Shown piece by piece: positions 30,476-41,351 of a DNA stretch of 64,000 nucleotides. A model generated the notes under the pieces. That model did no database searches, was not told the DNA's origin, and worked only from the letters and a program-made list of their open reading frames with translations. The DNA is taken from positions 480,001 to 544,000 of the forward strand of contig CBDCOZ010000003.1 of assembly GCA_965220085.1 (NCBI GenBank), read 5' to 3'. The translations under genes and the position numbers were made by a program. The stretch comes from Candidatus Oxydemutatoraceae bacterium. Its GTDB lineage: Bacteria; Pseudomonadota; Gammaproteobacteria; Poriferisulfidales; Oxydemutatoraceae. How positions within the stretch are numbered: the first letter of the stretch is position 1; every line of letters starts with the position of its first letter.

Positions 30476-33400
30476 CGCAGCGGCCCCTCCAGGAAGACGC
30501 GCAACCGCAACCGCAGGCTGTCTCCCAAGTCTATGCGCATCGTGGCGGCGGCGCTGCTCTCTATGCCATCGCTGACGGTGAATCGGAATTGGGCATAGTT
30601 TTGCGCAGGCTCGGTGCCATCGGCATCCTGATAGTAGGTGAGCGTGGGGATGTCGGACACATCCACTACGTTGTTTTGGCCCGAGCCGGATGTCACCAGC
30701 GCGTCGCCGTCTATCAACAGTGTGCCTTTGTTCGGCGCGTTGATGATCGTGACGCTTGCCAGAGCGCTGCCGGTCGCGCCGCTGCCGCCGTCCGCATCGG
30801 CAAAGCGGAAGTCGCTCGCCTTAAATGCATAGGGCGCCGCTGCGGTGGCTGAGGTAGACACGAGCACCGTGCTGGGCAAAGCCCTCGGCGCGGCATTGAT
30901 GCGCACCGAAGGGCCGCAGAGCGGGCCCTCCCGCGCCGGGCTTGTGGGGTGTTGGTCCATAAAACTGACGCAGGCGCGGATGTGCCTGCCCGCCCGGGCC
31001 TGGGCCTGGGTCAGGGTGAAGGCGGCCTCATCACCGCCCTCGGCGGTCGCGCCCGCTATGTTGACAAAGCCGCGGTCGGCGCTGGCGGATTGTTGCCATT
31101 GCCAGATCAATGTGCTCTCGTCTATGCCGTTGCGCTCGACTATGCCGTGGACGCGGGCCAGCAGTTCGCTGCCCTCGGGGTAGGCGGCGGCCGCGGCAAC
31201 ATTGGCCACTATTATCTGGGGCCCGCCGGTGGCGGCAGCCTGTTGCGTCTGCACCAGGCGGATGCGGATGGAGCCGTTGGCGGCGCTGGTCTTGTCGGCG
31301 TTGACATCGCCGCCCGGGCCGTCGCCATCGTCCGTCACATGGAAGCTGAACCTGACATATGTAGCCTCCAGCTCGTTGATGTCGGTGGGTTGCTGGCCCG
31401 ATGCCGGCCAGTATGTCAGGGCGCCGGCCTGCAGCTGCGCCCTTGTTATGGCCTCTGCGGGGGCGGCGGTCAGGGCGGTGCCATCCAGGGCCATGGTGCC
31501 CGCGCTCATGCCCGAGCCGGGCAGCACTCCTATCAATGTGACGCTTTCCAGGCCGTCGCCATCGTCATCGGCGAACGCAAAGTCCTGCGGGCGGAACCTA
31601 TAGGGAGCGCTTTCGCTGGCGCCGACGGACACCGAGATTCTAGGAGTCAGACCCACCGGCGCATCGTTTACGTTTATGACCGGCAAGGTGTCGGCGCATG
31701 CATTTTCCCTGGAGCCGCGGTCATCGGTGAAACTGAGGCAGCCGCGGATGCGACTGCCCACATGCTCCTGGGCGGGAGACCATGCGGCATCATGATTGTC
31801 TATGATGTTGGCGAAGTTCCCGTCGCCCTTGTTGTCGTGGCTCCATGCATAGCTCGCGGTCAGGCCAGATCTGGAGGAGCCATCTGGGTCTTCCAGACGC
31901 GAGTCAGCCAGGAGCAGGCTCCTGCCCTCCTCTGGCGCGCCTGTCAGGGGGATGAAACCTGGCACTGTCAGTCTGATGGTGGCCGGGTCATTGACATTGG
32001 CGACCGCAGTGTCCAGTTGCAGGCAACGGCGCTCGGAATTGCCGCCGCCATCGGCAAACGATGCGCAGACGCGCAGAAACTTGTCCACCTGGGGATCATC
32101 AGGCGCGAAGGCGGCGGCGGTGGCGCCCATGATGTCGGCGTAGGCGCCGCCGTTGCTGTCGGCCTGGCTCCACTGCCAGCTGATGGCGCCGATATTGGCG
32201 GGGGGGTTGCTGTCCGGGTCGGTCACGCTGCCCTGGGATGCGGTGATGGGGCTTTCCTCGGTGGGGGCGGTGATGCCGCTGGCGTAGGCCACGGCGGGCG
32301 CGCCGGCGGCATTGCGGGCATTGGTCAGGTTGATGGTGAGCGTGGCTGCGGACGCGGCGACGTTGATGCCGATGGGGGTGCCGTCAAGGCCGGTGGCGGC
32401 GACGCCGGTGTCTATGACCCAGTAGGTGAATGAGTCATAGTTGTCCATTTGGGTTGCGCCGTCGGCAGGGTAGTAGGCCAGATTGCGCAGTTGCGCCAGA
32501 CTGAGATTGGTGTTCCGGGCTATGGTGACGGTCTCGCCCACAACCGCCAGAGCGCCCGCTGTGGGCAGGGTGGCTATGCGGATGCCGTTTATGGTGTCGG
32601 GCGGCACATCCTCATCGGCCGTTATGGGAAAGTCGCCGAGGTCAAAGGGGTGCGGGGCGGAGGAGCTGGCATTGGCGGGCACATTGACTGTGGAGTCGCC
32701 GCCGACGGGGGCATCGCTGGCGTTGATGACCGTCACCGCGGGGGAGCAGACCCTCTCCATTTTGGGAGTGGCGAACATGTCGGTGTAACTGAAGCAGACG
32801 CGTATCCGCCTGCCCACATGCGCCTGCAGGGGGGTGAAGATGTGGCTGGTCGCGCCCTCTATGGGATTGTTGCTCTGTTGCCATTCCCAGGCGATGGTGC
32901 TGGTGTTGATGCCATCGTCATCCATGACGGCGCTGGCGGCCGAGAGCCGCTGGTCCTCATTCCAGGTGTCCATGGCGGTGCGGTCGGCGGCGGTGATGTT
33001 GATGGCGCCGGTGGGGGCCGAATTCATTGGAACCACTACCACCGGCACCACAGTGTCTATGCGAACGCTGCCTCCTTGGTGCAAAGTCCTTGTGTTTTCT
33101 GTGGATGACTGGCCTCCGGCCCGCACCGTGAATTTTATGAGGGCATAGCCGTTAAGCGCCTGCGCGCCCGCCGCCGGATAGTAGGTGATGGTGCCTATGT
33201 CGGCGGCTGCCACGGTCTGGCCGACGCGGGCGGCGGATGATCCCACCCTGAAGGTGCCCTTGCTGGAATCGGGCAGCGGGGCTGTGAAGGTGATGCTCTG
33301 GAGGGCGTCGCGTTCGGCATCGGTGAATGAGAAGTCGCTGGCGCTGAATCTGTACGGGTTGTCGGCGTCGGCGTCGGTCGGCACCTTGACGCTGCTGGTG

Positions 33401-33540
33401 CCGGGCACCGGCGGCGCGGCGCGGACGACATCAGCGCCCGCCCAGATTTGAGCGCATAGCGCGAACACAACCAGCGCCCAGAATCGGCCGCCCGTTAATG
33501 CGGCGCGGCGGGAGCGGGGAATTAAAGTTTGTCGTTTCAT
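30472..33540 (-). CDS. Modular adhesin-like protein B3 (YXYXXYXY, ~1020 aa)
   Basis: Start MKRQTLIP at 33540 with RBS AGGAGA. The further upstream extension in the ORF track is repeat-derived. Confidence 0.85.
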   Translation of the reverse strand: MKRQTLIPRSRRAALTGGRFWALVVFALCAQIWAGADVVRAAPPVPGTSSVKVPTDADADNPYRFSASDFSFTDAERDALQSITFTAPLPDSSKGTFRVGSSAARVGQTVAAADIGTITYYPAAGAQALNGYALIKFTVRAGGQSSTENTRTLHQGGSVRIDTVVPVVVVPMNSAPTGAINITAADRTAMDTWNEDQRLSAASAVMDDDGINTSTIAWEWQQSNNPIEGATSHIFTPLQAHVGRRIRVCFSYTDMFATPKMERVCSPAVTVINASDAPVGGDSTVNVPANASSSAPHPFDLGDFPITADEDVPPDTINGIRIATLPTAGALAVVGETVTIARNTNLSLAQLRNLAYYPADGATQMDNYDSFTYWVIDTGVAATGLDGTPIGINVAASAATLTINLTNARNAAGAPAVAYASGITAPTEESPITASQGSVTDPDSNPPANIGAISWQWSQADSNGGAYADIMGATAAAFAPDDPQVDKFLRVCASFADGGGNSERRCLQLDTAVANVNDPATIRLTVPGFIPLTGAPEEGRSLLLADSRLEDPDGSSRSGLTASYAWSHDNKGDGNFANIIDNHDAAWSPAQEHVGSRIRGCLSFTDDRGSRENACADTLPVINVNDAPVGLTPRISVSVGASESAPYRFRPQDFAFADDDGDGLESVTLIGVLPGSGMSAGTMALDGTALTAAPAEAITRAQLQAGALTYWPASGQQPTDINELEATYVRFSFHVTDDGDGPGGDVNADKTSAANGSIRIRLVQTQQAAATGGPQIIVANVAAAAAYPEGSELLARVHGIVERNGIDESTLIWQWQQSASADRGFVNIAGATAEGGDEAAFTLTQAQARAGRHIRACVSFMDQHPTSPAREGPLCGPSVRINAAPRALPSTVLVSTSATAAAPYAFKASDFRFADADGGSGATGSALASVTIINAPNKGTLLIDGDALVTSGSGQNNVVDVSDIPTLTYYQDADGTEPAQNYAQFRFTVSDGIESSAAATMRIDLGDSLRLRLRVFLEGPLR

Positions 33541-33719
33541 GGCATTTTCTCCTATGACAGTCTGTGCGCGGTCGGCGGTCGTTCCGCCATAAGCGCGAAT
33601 CGTTTTGCAAGCGCCTTTGGGGTTTGTCTTGCGGGCGGCGGCGCAGGTCGCGCCGGTTCGGGCGCGACCTGCGGCGCCGCCTTCAATGACAATATTCGCT
33701 TGTGCGCGTGGGTTTGCCA

Positions 33720-34262
33720 TCATCGCAGCGGCCCCTCCAGAAAGACGCGCAGCCGCAAGCGCAGGCTGCTCCCCAAGTCTATGCGCATCGCGGCGGGCGC
33801 AAGTCGCGCCGGTTCGGGCGCGACCATCGGCGCCGCCTTCAATGACAATATTCGCTTGCGCGCGCGTGTTTCCTATCATCGTAGCGGCCCCTCCAGGAAG
33901 ACGCGCAGCCGCAAGCGCAGGCTGCTCCCCAAGTCTATGCGCATCGTGGCGGGCGCAGGTCGCGCCGGTTCGGGCGCGACCATCGGCGCCGCCTTCAATG
34001 GCAATGCTCGCTTGTGCGCGTGTGTTTGCCATCATCGCAGCGGCCCCTCCAGGAAGACGCGCAGCCGCAAGCGCAGGCTGCTCCCCAAGTCTATGCGCAT
34101 CGCGGCGGGCGCAAGTCGCGCCGGTTCGAGCGCGACCATCGGCGCCGCCTTCAATGACAATATTCGCTTGTGCGCGTGGGTTTGCCATCATCGCAGCGGC
34201 CCCTCCAGAAAGACGCGCAGCCGCAAGCGCAGGCTGCTCCCCAAGTCTATGCGCATCGCGGC
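33720..34262 (-). repeat. 156 bp tandem repeat: three orphan copies of the B4 C-terminus (MRIDLGSSLRLRLRVFLEGPLR*)
   Basis: Stop-codon anchors at 33720, 33876 and 34032, with the genuine one at 34188. Confidence 0.93.
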
Positions 34263-35870
34263 GGCGCTGCTGCTCTCTATGCCATCGCTGACCGTGAATC
34301 GGAATTGGGCGTAGTCTCGCGTGGGTTCATGCGGACCGTCCGCCGGATAGTAGGTGATCGCGGAGATGTCGCCTGCCTCTACCGCGTTGTTTTGGCCCGA
34401 GCCGGATGTCACCAGCGCGTCGCCGTCTATCAACAAGACGCCCTGGTTCGGCGCGTTGATGATCGTGACGCTTGCCAGAGCGCCGCCGGCCGCGCCGCTG
34501 CCGATGTCCGCATCGGCAAAGCGGAAGTCGCTCGGCTTAAAGTAGTAGGGCGCCGCCGCGGTGGCCGTGGTGGATACGAGTACCGCGCTGTTCTGAGCCC
34601 TCGGCGCGTCATTGATGCGCACCGAGGCGCCGCAGAGCGGGCCCTCTCGGGCCGGGCTTGTGGGGTGGTGGTCCATAAAGGTGGCGCAGGCGCGTATGTG
34701 TCTGCCCGCCCGGGCCTGGGCTTGGGTCAGGGCGAAGGCGGCGGCGGTGGCGCCCGCTATGTCGGCAAAGCCGCGGGCGGCGGCGGCGGATTGCTGCCAT
34801 TGCCACATTACAGTGCTCTCGTCTATGCCGTTGCGCTCAACTATGCCATGGAGTTCGGCCAGCAGTTCGCTGCCCTCGGGGTAGACGGAGGCCGGGACAA
34901 CATTGTGCACTGTTATCTCGGGCCCGCCGCTGGCTTCGGCCTGTTGCGCTTGCGCCAGACGGATGCGGGCGATGCCGAAGTCGACGCTGGTCTTGTCGGC
35001 ATCGGCATCGCCGCCCGGGCCGTCGCCATCGTCCGTTACCTGAAATCTGAACCGGCCATAGATGTTAGTCAAATCGTTGATGTCGGAGGGCTGTTGGCCC
35101 GCCTCCGGCCAGTAGGTCAGGGCGCCGGTCCGCAGTTGCGCCGCTGTGACGGTGGTGGGGATGTTGCTGTCGGTCAGGGCGGCGCCATCCAGGGCCAGAG
35201 TGCCCGCGCTCATGTGCAGGCTGTCTGTGGGCAGGCTTGTCACTCTGATGCTGACCAGACTGTCGTCATCGTCATCGGCGAAAGGAAAGTCTTGCGGGCG
35301 GAACTTATAGGGGGCATTGGCAGTGGCGCCGACGGACACTGAGATTCTGGAGTCCAGCGCCTCCGGCGCATCGTTGGTGTTGACAACCGGCTCGGTGGTG
35401 AGACAGAGATTTTCCCGGTTGCCGTCGTCATCGTCGAACATGGCGCAGACGCGGACGCGACTGCCCACATGCTCCTGGCGGGGAGCCCAGGTGGCATCGG
35501 TTTCGTCTATGATGTTGTCGAATACCCCGTCGCCCTGGTTGTCGTGACTCCATTGCCAACTTATGGTCGCGCCGAGATCGTCGACGCCATCGGGGTCCTC
35601 TATGTCCAGAGAGCGCAATGCCAGAGTGCTATCCTCAGGCGGCGCGCCGGTCAGTTCGGGCTGTGCGGGATCGTCAGCGAGCTTCAGCACGCCGGTGGCA
35701 TTCTGCGCCTGCGCTTGTGCGCACAGCGCAAACAGCGCGAGCAAGGCCGGCAGGATGAGCGAGCGGAGGCTGCGCACCATCGTTGCCCGTCGGCGCAGGG
35801 CGGGCGCTCGGAAGCCGCGCCTGCCGAATGCGGCGCGGCGGCGCAAGGGAATCAAAGTTTGTCGTTTCAT
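34188..35870 (-). CDS. Modular adhesin-like protein B4 (XYXY)
   Basis: Paralog of B1 and B6 with the same C-terminal motif. Confidence 0.85.
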   Translation of the reverse strand: MKRQTLIPLRRRAAFGRRGFRAPALRRRATMVRSLRSLILPALLALFALCAQAQAQNATGVLKLADDPAQPELTGAPPEDSTLALRSLDIEDPDGVDDLGATISWQWSHDNQGDGVFDNIIDETDATWAPRQEHVGSRVRVCAMFDDDDGNRENLCLTTEPVVNTNDAPEALDSRISVSVGATANAPYKFRPQDFPFADDDDDSLVSIRVTSLPTDSLHMSAGTLALDGAALTDSNIPTTVTAAQLRTGALTYWPEAGQQPSDINDLTNIYGRFRFQVTDDGDGPGGDADADKTSVDFGIARIRLAQAQQAEASGGPEITVHNVVPASVYPEGSELLAELHGIVERNGIDESTVMWQWQQSAAAARGFADIAGATAAAFALTQAQARAGRHIRACATFMDHHPTSPAREGPLCGASVRINDAPRAQNSAVLVSTTATAAAPYYFKPSDFRFADADIGSGAAGGALASVTIINAPNQGVLLIDGDALVTSGSGQNNAVEAGDISAITYYPADGPHEPTRDYAQFRFTVSDGIESSSAAAMRIDLGSSLRLRLRVFLEGPLR

Positions 35871-35881
35871 GGCATTTTCTC

Positions 35882-36250
35882 CTATGACAGTCTGTGCGCG
35901 GTCGGCGGGCATTCCGCCATCAGCGCGAATCGTTTTGCAAGCGCCTTTGGCGCTTGTCTTGCGGGCGGCGGCGCAAGTCGCGCCGGCTTGAGTCCTGACC
36001 ATCCCTTGTCCTCGCAATCCCTCAGAATCTTTAGCGCGTCATCGGCAACGCAACCGGTATCGGAAACGCCAAAGCCAAATGTTTTCGAGAGTCGCGTTTC
36101 TCCTTCGGGGCATTCGGTTTGCGCCGACGCATTGTTCGCGGCAAATGCGCAAACGAGCATCATCGCCGCGCAGATTCCATAGAGGCGCGGAGTCCGAGCC
36201 GCGGGCGACGGACGCAACGAGAGATGACGACCGGTATCCGTGACTATCAT
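35882..36250 (-). other. Truncated A-family N-terminal fragment, coupled to the B5 stop
   Basis: Same pattern as 28042-28416. Confidence 0.75.
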
Positions 36251-38994
36251 CGCAGCGGCCCCTCCAGGAAGACGCGCAACCGTATGCGCAGGCTGTCTCC
36301 CAAGTCTATGCGCATCGTGGCGGCGGCGCTGCTCTCTATGCCGTCGCTGACCGTGAATCGGAATCGGGCGTAGTCCCGCATCGGCTCATCATCGCCGTCC
36401 TCTTGGTAGTAGGTGAGTTCGGAGATGTCGGACACATCCACCACGTTGTTTTTGCCCGAGCCGGATGTCATCAGCGCGTCGCCGTCTATCAACAAGGCGC
36501 CCCGGTTCGGCAACTCGGTGATCGTGACGCTTGCCAGAGCGGCGCCTTCATCTGCCCCGCTGCCGAGGTCCGCATCGGCAAAGCGGAAGTCGCTCGCCTT
36601 AAATACATAGGGCGCTGTTGCGGTGGCCGCGGCGGATACGAGTACTACGCTGTCCAGAGCCACGGGGGCGCGGTTGATCTCAAAGACCTTTCTGGCGGTG
36701 GAGCAGACGGGGCCCTCCCGCTTTGGGGTGGCGTGGTGGTCCGTGAAGGCGGCACAGAGGCGGATATACATGCCCACCTGGGCTTGGGTTAGGGCGAAGT
36801 TGTCATCGGTCGCGCCTGCTATGTCGGCAAAGCCGCCGGAGGCGCTGGCGGACAGTTGCCATTGCCATTGCAGGGTGCTCTGATCTATGCCGTTGGGGTC
36901 GACCAGTGTATTCTGGGAGGCGCGCAACACGGCGCCCCTGCGCGGCTGCCGGGAGACGGACTCCACGGCCTGGTTCTGGGTTACGGTGATTTCCACTATG
37001 TCGGGCCTGCCGATGGCGGCGGCCTGCGCCGGGGATGTCAGGCGTATGTTCATGATTGCGGTGCGGGCGCCGATCTTGTCGCCCTCGCCATCGCTGCCAT
37101 CGTCCGTCACATTGAAGGTGAAGGTTGCAAAACCGACAAAGGAATCTGTCAGGGTGGTGGGTTCCTCGCCCGGGTCCGGATGCCAGGTGAGGGCGCCGTC
37201 CCGCAGTTGCGTCGCTGTGACGGTTGTGGGGAGGGCGGCAGAGGTCAGGGTCACGCCATTCAGGACCATGGTTCCGACATTGCGCTGGTTGGCGCCTTGG
37301 GTTATGGGCAGGCTGTGCACGGTCACGCTTTCCAGCATGTCGTTATCGTCGTCGTCGAATGTGAAGTCCACCGGGCGGAATATGTAGGGGGCGCTGGCAT
37401 CGGCGGCAGTGCTGACTGAGACATGGTTATTTGCGGGCACAGGCGCATCGTTGGTGTTGACGACCGGCAAGGTGGTGACGCATACATTTTCCATGAAGCC
37501 GCGGTCATCGGTGAACCGAAAGCAGCCGCGGATGCGACTGCCCACATGCTCTTGAGAGGGACGAAATGCGGCATCATCGTCTACGATGTTGCTGAAGTTC
37601 CCGTCGCCCTTGTTGTCGTAACTCCATGCATGGCTCGCGGTCAGGCCACTTCTTAGGGTGCCATCGGGGTCTTCCAGGGCCGAGTTAAGCAGGAACAGGG
37701 TAGCTCCGTCCTCCTCCGGCGCGCCTGTCAGGGGGACGCGACCTGTCATTAGCAGCGTGAGGGTGGCGGGGTCATTGACATTGGCGACCGCGGTGTCCAG
37801 TTGCCGGCAACGGCGCTCGGAATTGCCGGCGCCGTCGGTAAACGATGCGCAGACGCGCAGAAACTTGTCCACCTGGGGATCATCAGGCGCGAAGGCGGCG
37901 GCGGTGGCGCCCATGATGTCGGTGTAGGGGCCGCCATTGCTGTCGGCCTGGCTCCATTGCCAGCTGAGGGCGCCCAGCCCATCGCCATCGGCAATGTCGC
38001 CCTGGGATGCGGTGATGGGGCTTTCCTCGGTGGGGGCGGTGATGCCGCTGGCGTAGGCCACAGCGGGCATGCCGGTGGCCGGGTTGGCCACCAGATTGAT
38101 GGTGAGCGTGGCGGCGGTTGTGGCCCGGTTGGCGGTGGTGCCGTCGGCGGCGGCGGCGGTGCCGGTGTCTGCGACCATGTAGGTGAAGCTGTCGCGGTTG
38201 GTCCCGGCGGTGGCACCGTCGCTGGGGTAATAGGCCAGATCACTCAGTTGCGCCAGGCTGAGATTGGTGCCCGGGTCGATGGTCAGGTCGGTATTGCTGG
38301 TCACCACCAGGGTGCCCGATGGCAGGGTGGCTATGCGGATGCCATTGAGGGTGTCGCCATCCTCGACATCGGCAAAGGGGAAGTCATCCAGATCAAAGTC
38401 ATGCGGGGAGCTGGAGCTGGCGGCGACGGGCACATTGACGGTGGAAGCGCCGCCGGTGGGGGCATCGCTGATGTTGATGACCTTGGTGGCGGGGGAGCAT
38501 ACCGTCTCCATCTTCGGCGTGTCGTGCATGTCGGTGTAGCTGAAGCAGACGCGTATCTGCCTGCCCACCTGGGCCTGCAGGGGGGTGAAAGTGCGGTCGG
38601 TCGCGTCCGTTCCCGGTATGTCGCTGACAGAGGGGTGATCAACCCGGGTGGCGTCATTGCCGACTAACATACCATCCACCGCCGTCTGCTCCCATTGCCA
38701 GGCTATGGTGCTGGTGTCTATGCCATCGGCATCCATGATGGTGGAACTGGCCGAGATCCGCTGGTCCTCGTCCCAGGTGCTCGTGGCCGTGCGCGCGGCG
38801 GGGGTGAGATTGAGCGCGCCGGTGGGGGCGGAGTTCTGCGCCCAGGCCTGGCCGCAGAGCGCAACCAGGGCCAGCAGAAACAGAGGCCGGAGGCTGCGCA
38901 CCATCGTTGCCCGTCGGCGCAGGGCGAGCGACCGGAAGCCGCGCCTGCCGAATGTGGCGCGGCGGCGGCGGGAAATCAAAGTTTGTCGTTTCAT
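36247..38994 (-). CDS. Modular adhesin-like protein B5 (XYXXYXY)
   Basis: Ends LRIRLRVFLEGPLR; shares modules with B2 and B3. Confidence 0.85.
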   Translation of the reverse strand: MKRQTLISRRRRATFGRRGFRSLALRRRATMVRSLRPLFLLALVALCGQAWAQNSAPTGALNLTPAARTATSTWDEDQRISASSTIMDADGIDTSTIAWQWEQTAVDGMLVGNDATRVDHPSVSDIPGTDATDRTFTPLQAQVGRQIRVCFSYTDMHDTPKMETVCSPATKVINISDAPTGGASTVNVPVAASSSSPHDFDLDDFPFADVEDGDTLNGIRIATLPSGTLVVTSNTDLTIDPGTNLSLAQLSDLAYYPSDGATAGTNRDSFTYMVADTGTAAAADGTTANRATTAATLTINLVANPATGMPAVAYASGITAPTEESPITASQGDIADGDGLGALSWQWSQADSNGGPYTDIMGATAAAFAPDDPQVDKFLRVCASFTDGAGNSERRCRQLDTAVANVNDPATLTLLMTGRVPLTGAPEEDGATLFLLNSALEDPDGTLRSGLTASHAWSYDNKGDGNFSNIVDDDAAFRPSQEHVGSRIRGCFRFTDDRGFMENVCVTTLPVVNTNDAPVPANNHVSVSTAADASAPYIFRPVDFTFDDDDNDMLESVTVHSLPITQGANQRNVGTMVLNGVTLTSAALPTTVTATQLRDGALTWHPDPGEEPTTLTDSFVGFATFTFNVTDDGSDGEGDKIGARTAIMNIRLTSPAQAAAIGRPDIVEITVTQNQAVESVSRQPRRGAVLRASQNTLVDPNGIDQSTLQWQWQLSASASGGFADIAGATDDNFALTQAQVGMYIRLCAAFTDHHATPKREGPVCSTARKVFEINRAPVALDSVVLVSAAATATAPYVFKASDFRFADADLGSGADEGAALASVTITELPNRGALLIDGDALMTSGSGKNNVVDVSDISELTYYQEDGDDEPMRDYARFRFTVSDGIESSAAATMRIDLGDSLRIRLRVFLEGPLR

Positions 38995-39005
38995 GGCATT
39001 TTCTC

Positions 39006-39371
39006 CTATGGCAGTTTGTGCGCGGTCGGCGGTTGTTCCGCCGTCAGCGCGAATCGTTTTGCAAGCGTCTTTGGAACTTGTCTTGCGGGCAGCGGCGCAA
39101 GCGTCGGCTCGAGTCCGGCCCATCCCTTGTCCTCGCAATCCCTCATAATCTCCGCCGCGTCATCGGCAACGCAACCGGTATCGGAAACGCCAAAGCCAAA
39201 TGTTTTCGAGAGTCGCGTTTCTCCTTCGGGGCATTCGGTTTGCGCCGACGCATTGTTCGCGGCAAATGCGCAAGCGGGCATCATCGCCGCGCAGATTCCA
39301 TAGAGGCGCGGAGTCCGAGCCGCGGGCGACGGACGCAACGAGAGATGACGACCGGTATCCGTGACTATCAT
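39006..39371 (-). other. Truncated A-family N-terminal fragment, coupled to the B6 stop
   Basis: Same pattern as 28042-28416. Confidence 0.75.
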
Positions 39372-41060
39372 CGCAGCGGCCCCTCCAGGAAGACGCGCAA
39401 CCGCAAGCGCAGGCTGTCTCCCAAGTCTATGCGCATCGCGGCGGCGGCGCTGCTCTCTACGCCGTCGCTGACCGTGAATCGGAATCGGGCGTAGTCTCGC
39501 GTGGGCTCGTGCGGACCATCCGCCGGATAGTAGTTGAGCATGGGGATGTCGCCCGCCTCCGCTGTGTGTGGCACTGTGGCGATGGGCATCGTTCCCGTGC
39601 GCAAGGTGCCCCGGTTCGGCAACTCGGTGATCGTGACGCTTGCCAGAGCGCCGCCGGCCGCGCCGCTGCCGAGGTCCGCATCGGCAAAGCGGAAGTCGCT
39701 CGCCTTAAAGTAGTAGGGCGCCGCTGCGGTGGCCGTGGTGGATACGAGTACCGCGCTGTCCTGAGCCGTCGGCGCGTCATTGGCCCGCACTGAGGTGCCG
39801 CAGAGCGGGCCCTCCCGCGCCGGGCTTGTGGGGTGGTGGTCCATAAAACTGGCGCAGACGCGGATGTACCTGCCCACCCGGGCCTGGGTCAGGGCGAGGG
39901 TGGCGGCGGTGGCGCCCGCTATGTTGGCAAAGTCGTTGTTGTCGTCGGTAAAGGATTGCTGCCATTGCCACATTACAGTGCTTTCGTCTATGCCGTTGCG
40001 CTCCACTATGCCATGGGTTTCGGCCAGCAGTTCGCTGCCCTCGGGGTAGACGGAGGCCGGGACAACATTGGACACTATTATCTCGGGCCCGCCGGTGGCT
40101 CTGGCCTGTTGCGCTTGCACCAGACGGATGCGGGCGGAACCGGAGTCAACGCTGGCCTTGTCGGCGTTGACATCGCCGCCCGGGCCGTCGCCATCGTCCG
40201 TTACCTGAAATCTGAACCTGCCATAGAGGTTAGTCAAATCGTTGATGTCGGAGGGCTGTTGGCCTGACTGCGGCCAGTAGGCGAGGGCGCCGGCCCGCAG
40301 TTGCGCCACTGTGACGGTGGTGGGGGTGTTGCTGTCGGTTAGGGCGGTGCCATCCAGGGCCAGGGTGCCCGCGCTCATGCTCAGGCTGTCTATGGGCAGG
40401 GTTCTCACTATGATGGCGGTCAGATTGTCGTCATCGTCATCGGCGAACGGAAAGTCTTGCGGGCGGAACTTATAGGGGGCGCTTTCGGTGGCGCCGACGG
40501 ATACTGAGATGTTGCGGTCCAGCGCCTCCGGCGCGTCGTTGGTGTTTTCGACCGGCTCGGTGGCGAGGCAGAGATTTTCCCGGTTGCCGGCGTCATCAGT
40601 GAAACGGGCGCAGACGCGGATGCGACTGCCCACATGCTCCTGGCGGGGAGCCCAGGTGGCATCGGTTTCGTCTATGATGTTGTTGAATACCCCGTCGCCC
40701 ATGTTGTCGTGACTCCATTGCCAACTTATGGTCGCGCCGAGATTGTTGGCGCCATCGGGGTCGTCTATGTCCAGAGAGCGCAATGCCACCGTGCCATCCT
40801 CAGGCGGCGCGCCGGTCAGTTCGGTCAGTTCGAGATTGTCAGAGAGCGTCAGCATGCCGGTGGCGTTCTGCGCCAGAGCCTGACCGCACAGCGCAAACAG
40901 CGCGAGCAGGGCCGGCAGGATGAGCGAGCGGAGGCTGCGCGCCATCGTTGCCCGTCGGCGCAGGGCGAGCGACCGGATGTTGCGCCCGGTCATCGTTGCT
41001 CTGCCTGCGTGTACGCTAGGGGGGGGGGGGGGGGGTAGTATTATAATTATGTTTATTCAT
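39368..41060 (-). CDS. Modular adhesin-like protein B6 (XYXY); RBS-supported start is out of frame across a C17 tract
   Basis: AGGAGG-AATAAT-ATG at 41060 reads MNKHNYNTTPPPPP then TAG. The body ORF is 39368-40993. Confidence 0.8.
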
Positions 41061-41351
41061 ATTATTCCTCCTATGGCAACCTATAGCAACGGTTATTCTG
41101 CTATCAGTGCGAGCCATTTTGCAAGTGCCTTTGGCAGATTGTCGATTCATCGTATTTACTCCTCATAGTTGTCTAGCAAACGAAATTGTACTAATGAGTG
41201 CGAGCACTCTTAGTACTGCGTACTCTACCACAAAGTGCCAGTCCTTTGCAAGAGTTGAATTATTCAGTGTTTCCCTCATTTGATGTACTCTACCACAAAG
41301 TGCCAGTCCTTTGCAAGTCTGCTGTCTCACCCTTGCACACTCCAACACCTC

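Noticed and set aside
33541-34191. 217-aa N-terminal extension of the 1239-aa ORF
   Set aside because: It is an alternative-frame read-through of the 156 bp repeats. Paralog alignment and the RBS place the start at 33540.
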